Assembly: GCA_977017645.1 (NCBI GenBank)
Contig: OZ360224.1
Span: 54,560,001-54,624,000, forward strand
DNA: 64,000 nucleotides
Direction of reading: 5' to 3'
From: Torpedo marmorata
Lineage: Eukaryota
Shown here: positions 61,068-64,000 of the stretch, in pieces
Layout of the letters: each line of letters begins with the position of its first letter
Numbering within the stretch: the stretch's first letter is position 1
The notes under the pieces: model-generated
Told to the model about the DNA's origin: nothing
Seen by the model: only the letters and a program-made list of their open reading frames with translations
The model's database searches: none
Made by a program: the position numbers and the translations under genes

Positions 61068-63057
61068 AAGCATATTGAGCAGTTAAGTGCAATTCAGGAC
61101 TGTGGAGAACTAAGACGATAGTGTGTGGTACAAATGATAAAGGATCGCTGCCCTTTCCTCTCATTCCTTCCTTTTTCACCTCTCATCACATTATCATCTG
61201 TTTCATCTGAGGCCATGACATAATTAGGAAGGAATCCTAGTAATAAGATACCAGCGAATTAGTTTTTTGCAAGCATTAGATCAACTTTGTTTGTGTCTGT
61301 TCAGAAAAGTTCGATGGTATATATAAGGTAGAGTACAGGAAATGGTGCCTATTTATGTCAGATGATCAATGAATTGCCCGCAGCTGGGGGAGCTGAACTG
61401 TTCACTGTTGTGTGGGATGAATGTACAGCAGCAAATCATCTCAGAGGTTTGTCCCATTGAAATGTGCCTGATAACTCGCACCTTTAAACTCTCACTTGTT
61501 TTATTTCTCTCACCCTACTTAAGATAACAGATTTTACTTCTATTCACAAACTGAAAACCCATTTTCTTAACCCATCTGAGCAGCTTCAGTGCTGCAGAAT
61601 GATAAAACATGATGGGATAATCAGCCTTATCATGACTTCCACAGTCGTGCAAGGTGTGTGATAGCGAGAGAATACCCTACTTTCAAGTCTGCCGAATGCA
61701 AAGTTTTGAAGTTTATTGTTTATTGTCATATGTACTGAGATACAGTGAAATGTTATCCAGGCAAGTCAAACTTTCCTTCAGTATAATAGGTCGTGCAAAA
61801 TAAAGCAAAAGTGCAGAGTATAATGTCACAGAGAAAAGGTCCAGTTAAAGCAGAGCAAGGACAGCATCAGAGGTCCGTTCAACAGCAGGGAAGAAACTGT
61901 CCTTGAATCTCCCAGTGCGGTACTACGGATAAAAAAACATAAGAAATAGAGCAGAAAAAGGTCAACGGAACTTATTTGTATACTTTGCCTTTCAAGTTCA
62001 TGGCTGATTTTTTACATCAGTACCATTTTTCAGCATTATCCCCCTATTCTTCGTTCCCTTAAGTGATCTATTGATTTATGTATTGAATGAATACACCGGA
62101 GAATCCGTGGCTTCTAAGGTAGAGAATTCCATCGACTGAAAACAAAATGTTCCTCATCATGAAACTGTGGCCCTTTCCTTCACCCCTTCTCTGTCTAACT
62201 GTGAAGATGAGATCGCTGCCAATTCATCTATAATCCGCCATCCGTGGAATTGCCCAGAGTATCTTCACTGCTCTCCCTCTTTGGCAAATGCTCAGGAGAT
62301 CAGAAGTTTGCACAATACTCCAAATGCAGTCTCACCAAGGCCCTGTAAGCTGATAAGCCTTCCTTATCCTGATCTTCAAATTCTCTCATAATAATAACAA
62401 ATACCATTTACATTTTTAATTACTTGCTACTCCAGCATATTGGCCTTCAGTTACTAATGTATATGCATTATATGTCTCTGACATCACCTCCACCAAATCT
62501 CACACCATTTAACATTTCCATTATGTGTGTCAAAGAGGGTGACCTCACAGTTTTCCACATTATATTTCATCCGCAACATTCTTGCCCAGGCACTCAGCTT
62601 GTCCATATCCCCTTGAAGCCTCTTTATCTCCTCCTTAGGTCTCACAGTTTAGTATTTTCAGCAAACTTGGAATAATTTTCTTCCTCAGACAAAATGTTGA
62701 TGAAGATCTTGAATAGTGTGTCTCAAACACCATTCCTTCTGAAACCCTGTATTCAAAGCCTGCCAGGCTGAGAATTGCCCCTTTATTTTTACTGGTTGCT
62801 TTTCATCTGATAACCAATTCTCCCCCAATTCCACATGCTCTAACCCTGTTCAATGTCTGTGCAGAATCTTATAGAAAGCCTTCCGAAAATACAAATATGC
62901 CAGATCGAGTGCAGGAGACAAAAGTGCTGGAGAAACTCAGAGGTCATGCAGTAATTGTTTGCTTAAGTCCTCTACTCATCACATCTCCAAAGAACTCTCA
63001 CAGATCTGTCAGACCTGATTTTCCTTTCACAAATCCTTGTTGGCTCTGCTCAACCCC

Positions 63058-63370
63058 TCCCCCCTTACCTGTCCTTCCAGTTTTTTTCCACCCACCCAGC
63101 CATCCATCCCTCCTCCCCCTCTTTGCTGCTGTTCCCTCCCTCCTTTCTCCACCTATCATCTCCTGCCTTTGCCACCCCCCTTCCCCCCTCACTCTTTCGT
63201 TCGGATGCCTGCCGGCATTTTCTCATACTTTGATGAAGGGCTCAAGCCCGAAACGTCGGTCATGTATTTCTACCTTTGCTACATAAAAGACACTGTTTGA
63301 CCTGCTGAGTTTCTCCAGCATTTGTGTTTTTTACTTCAACCACCGTGTCTACAGATTTTCGTGATTTACT
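63058..63370 (+). mobile_element. Solo Penelope pseudo-LTR inserted in CR1
   Basis: Homologous to the reverse complement of 17940-18240. 8-bp TSD tcaacccc at 63050-63057 / 63371-63378. Confidence 0.85.
63224..63264 (+). ncRNA. Variant minimal type I hammerhead ribozyme motif (best-preserved copy)
   Basis: catact-TTGATGA-A-gggc(tcaa)gccc-GAA-ACGT-C-ggtcatg: stem I, core, 4-bp stem II, palindromic ACGU in place of stem III, and a GUC triplet at 63255-63257. Activity not demonstrated. Confidence 0.6.
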
Positions 63371-64000
63371 TCAACCCCATTATTCTTTTCTGGTTGTTCT
63401 GCTATTGCATACTTCCTCAAAGATTCCAGCATTTTTCCTTTCACTGTCATGAAGCTAATAGGTCAACAGTTTCCTGCTTTACCTCTCATGCTTTTCATAC
63501 ATAATGGGGGTTACATTTTCTGTCCTTCAATCCACTAGAACAATTCCAGAATCAATGGAAATTTGTAAATGATAACGAGCGTATGCATTATCTCTGAAGT
63601 CATCTCTTTCAAATCTCCAGGAGCAAGATTATCCTGGCATTTATCAGCTTTCCAGCTCATCAACTCTTCCAGTTCTACTTTTTGACTAATGGTTAGTTTC
63701 TTCAGTTCCTCCATCTCACTAACCTTGATTTTGTAATGCATCCAGTAGTTTTGTGTGGCTACTTCCCTGTATTGAAGGAAGAGGACGCGATATTGTTCTT
63801 AGAACAGAGAGGTGTAATGGAGGTATTCACATTATGAAGGATTTCGATTGATTACATTTACACACAGAGATACATATTTCACTGGCAAGGGCACTTCCTC
63901 CTCAATTATTATTGTATGATGACATGGCCAAATGAGGCAGAAGTTATTAGCAGGATTATAAGAAATTGATACACCATCCCGTTTTACAGCGATGGGTGCA

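Larger units (their letters stand above)
61935..63740 (-). mobile_element. Old, fragmented CR1
   Basis: aacataagaaatagagcag tail at ~61937. QSQQGFVKGKSGLTDL (ORF 62998-63192) and LKEMTSEIMHTLVIIY (ORF 63535-63741). Confidence 0.7.

Noticed and set aside
60446-61179. Long ORFs in the six-frame track (also 13910-14227)
   Set aside because: They are open only because they cross N gaps.

Overview
This is eukaryotic vertebrate DNA, most likely from a cartilaginous fish (probably a ray), inferred from the HE1/V-SINE-type SINEs plus the CR1, Rex1/Babar, Penelope and fish-type L1 repertoire. No intact host protein-coding gene, rRNA, tRNA gene or CRISPR array is recognisable. Most of the window is transposable elements, often nested several layers deep with readable target-site duplications (TSDs). 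It contains seven 5'-truncated copies of one very AT-rich L1-clade family (L1-a); an L1 of a second family (L1-b) with a clear twin-priming 5' inversion; a full-length but RT-deleted Gmr1-type Gypsy provirus (integrase before RT/RNase H, tRNA-Pro PBS, near-identical LTRs); a truncated second Gypsy; an RTE LINE; many CR1 and Rex1/Babar fragments; four tRNA-derived V-SINEs; and a TA-flanked Tc1/mariner-type MITE carrying a 42-bp minisatellite. There is also one long Penelope element plus about eight dispersed Penelope terminal-repeat derivatives. These carry a variant minimal hammerhead-ribozyme motif, including a TSD-flanked tandem pair with a 146-nt period that resembles a non-coding retrozyme. 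All calls come from manual reading of sequence and ORF translations; no searches were run, so family names are clade-level and novelty is unverified.
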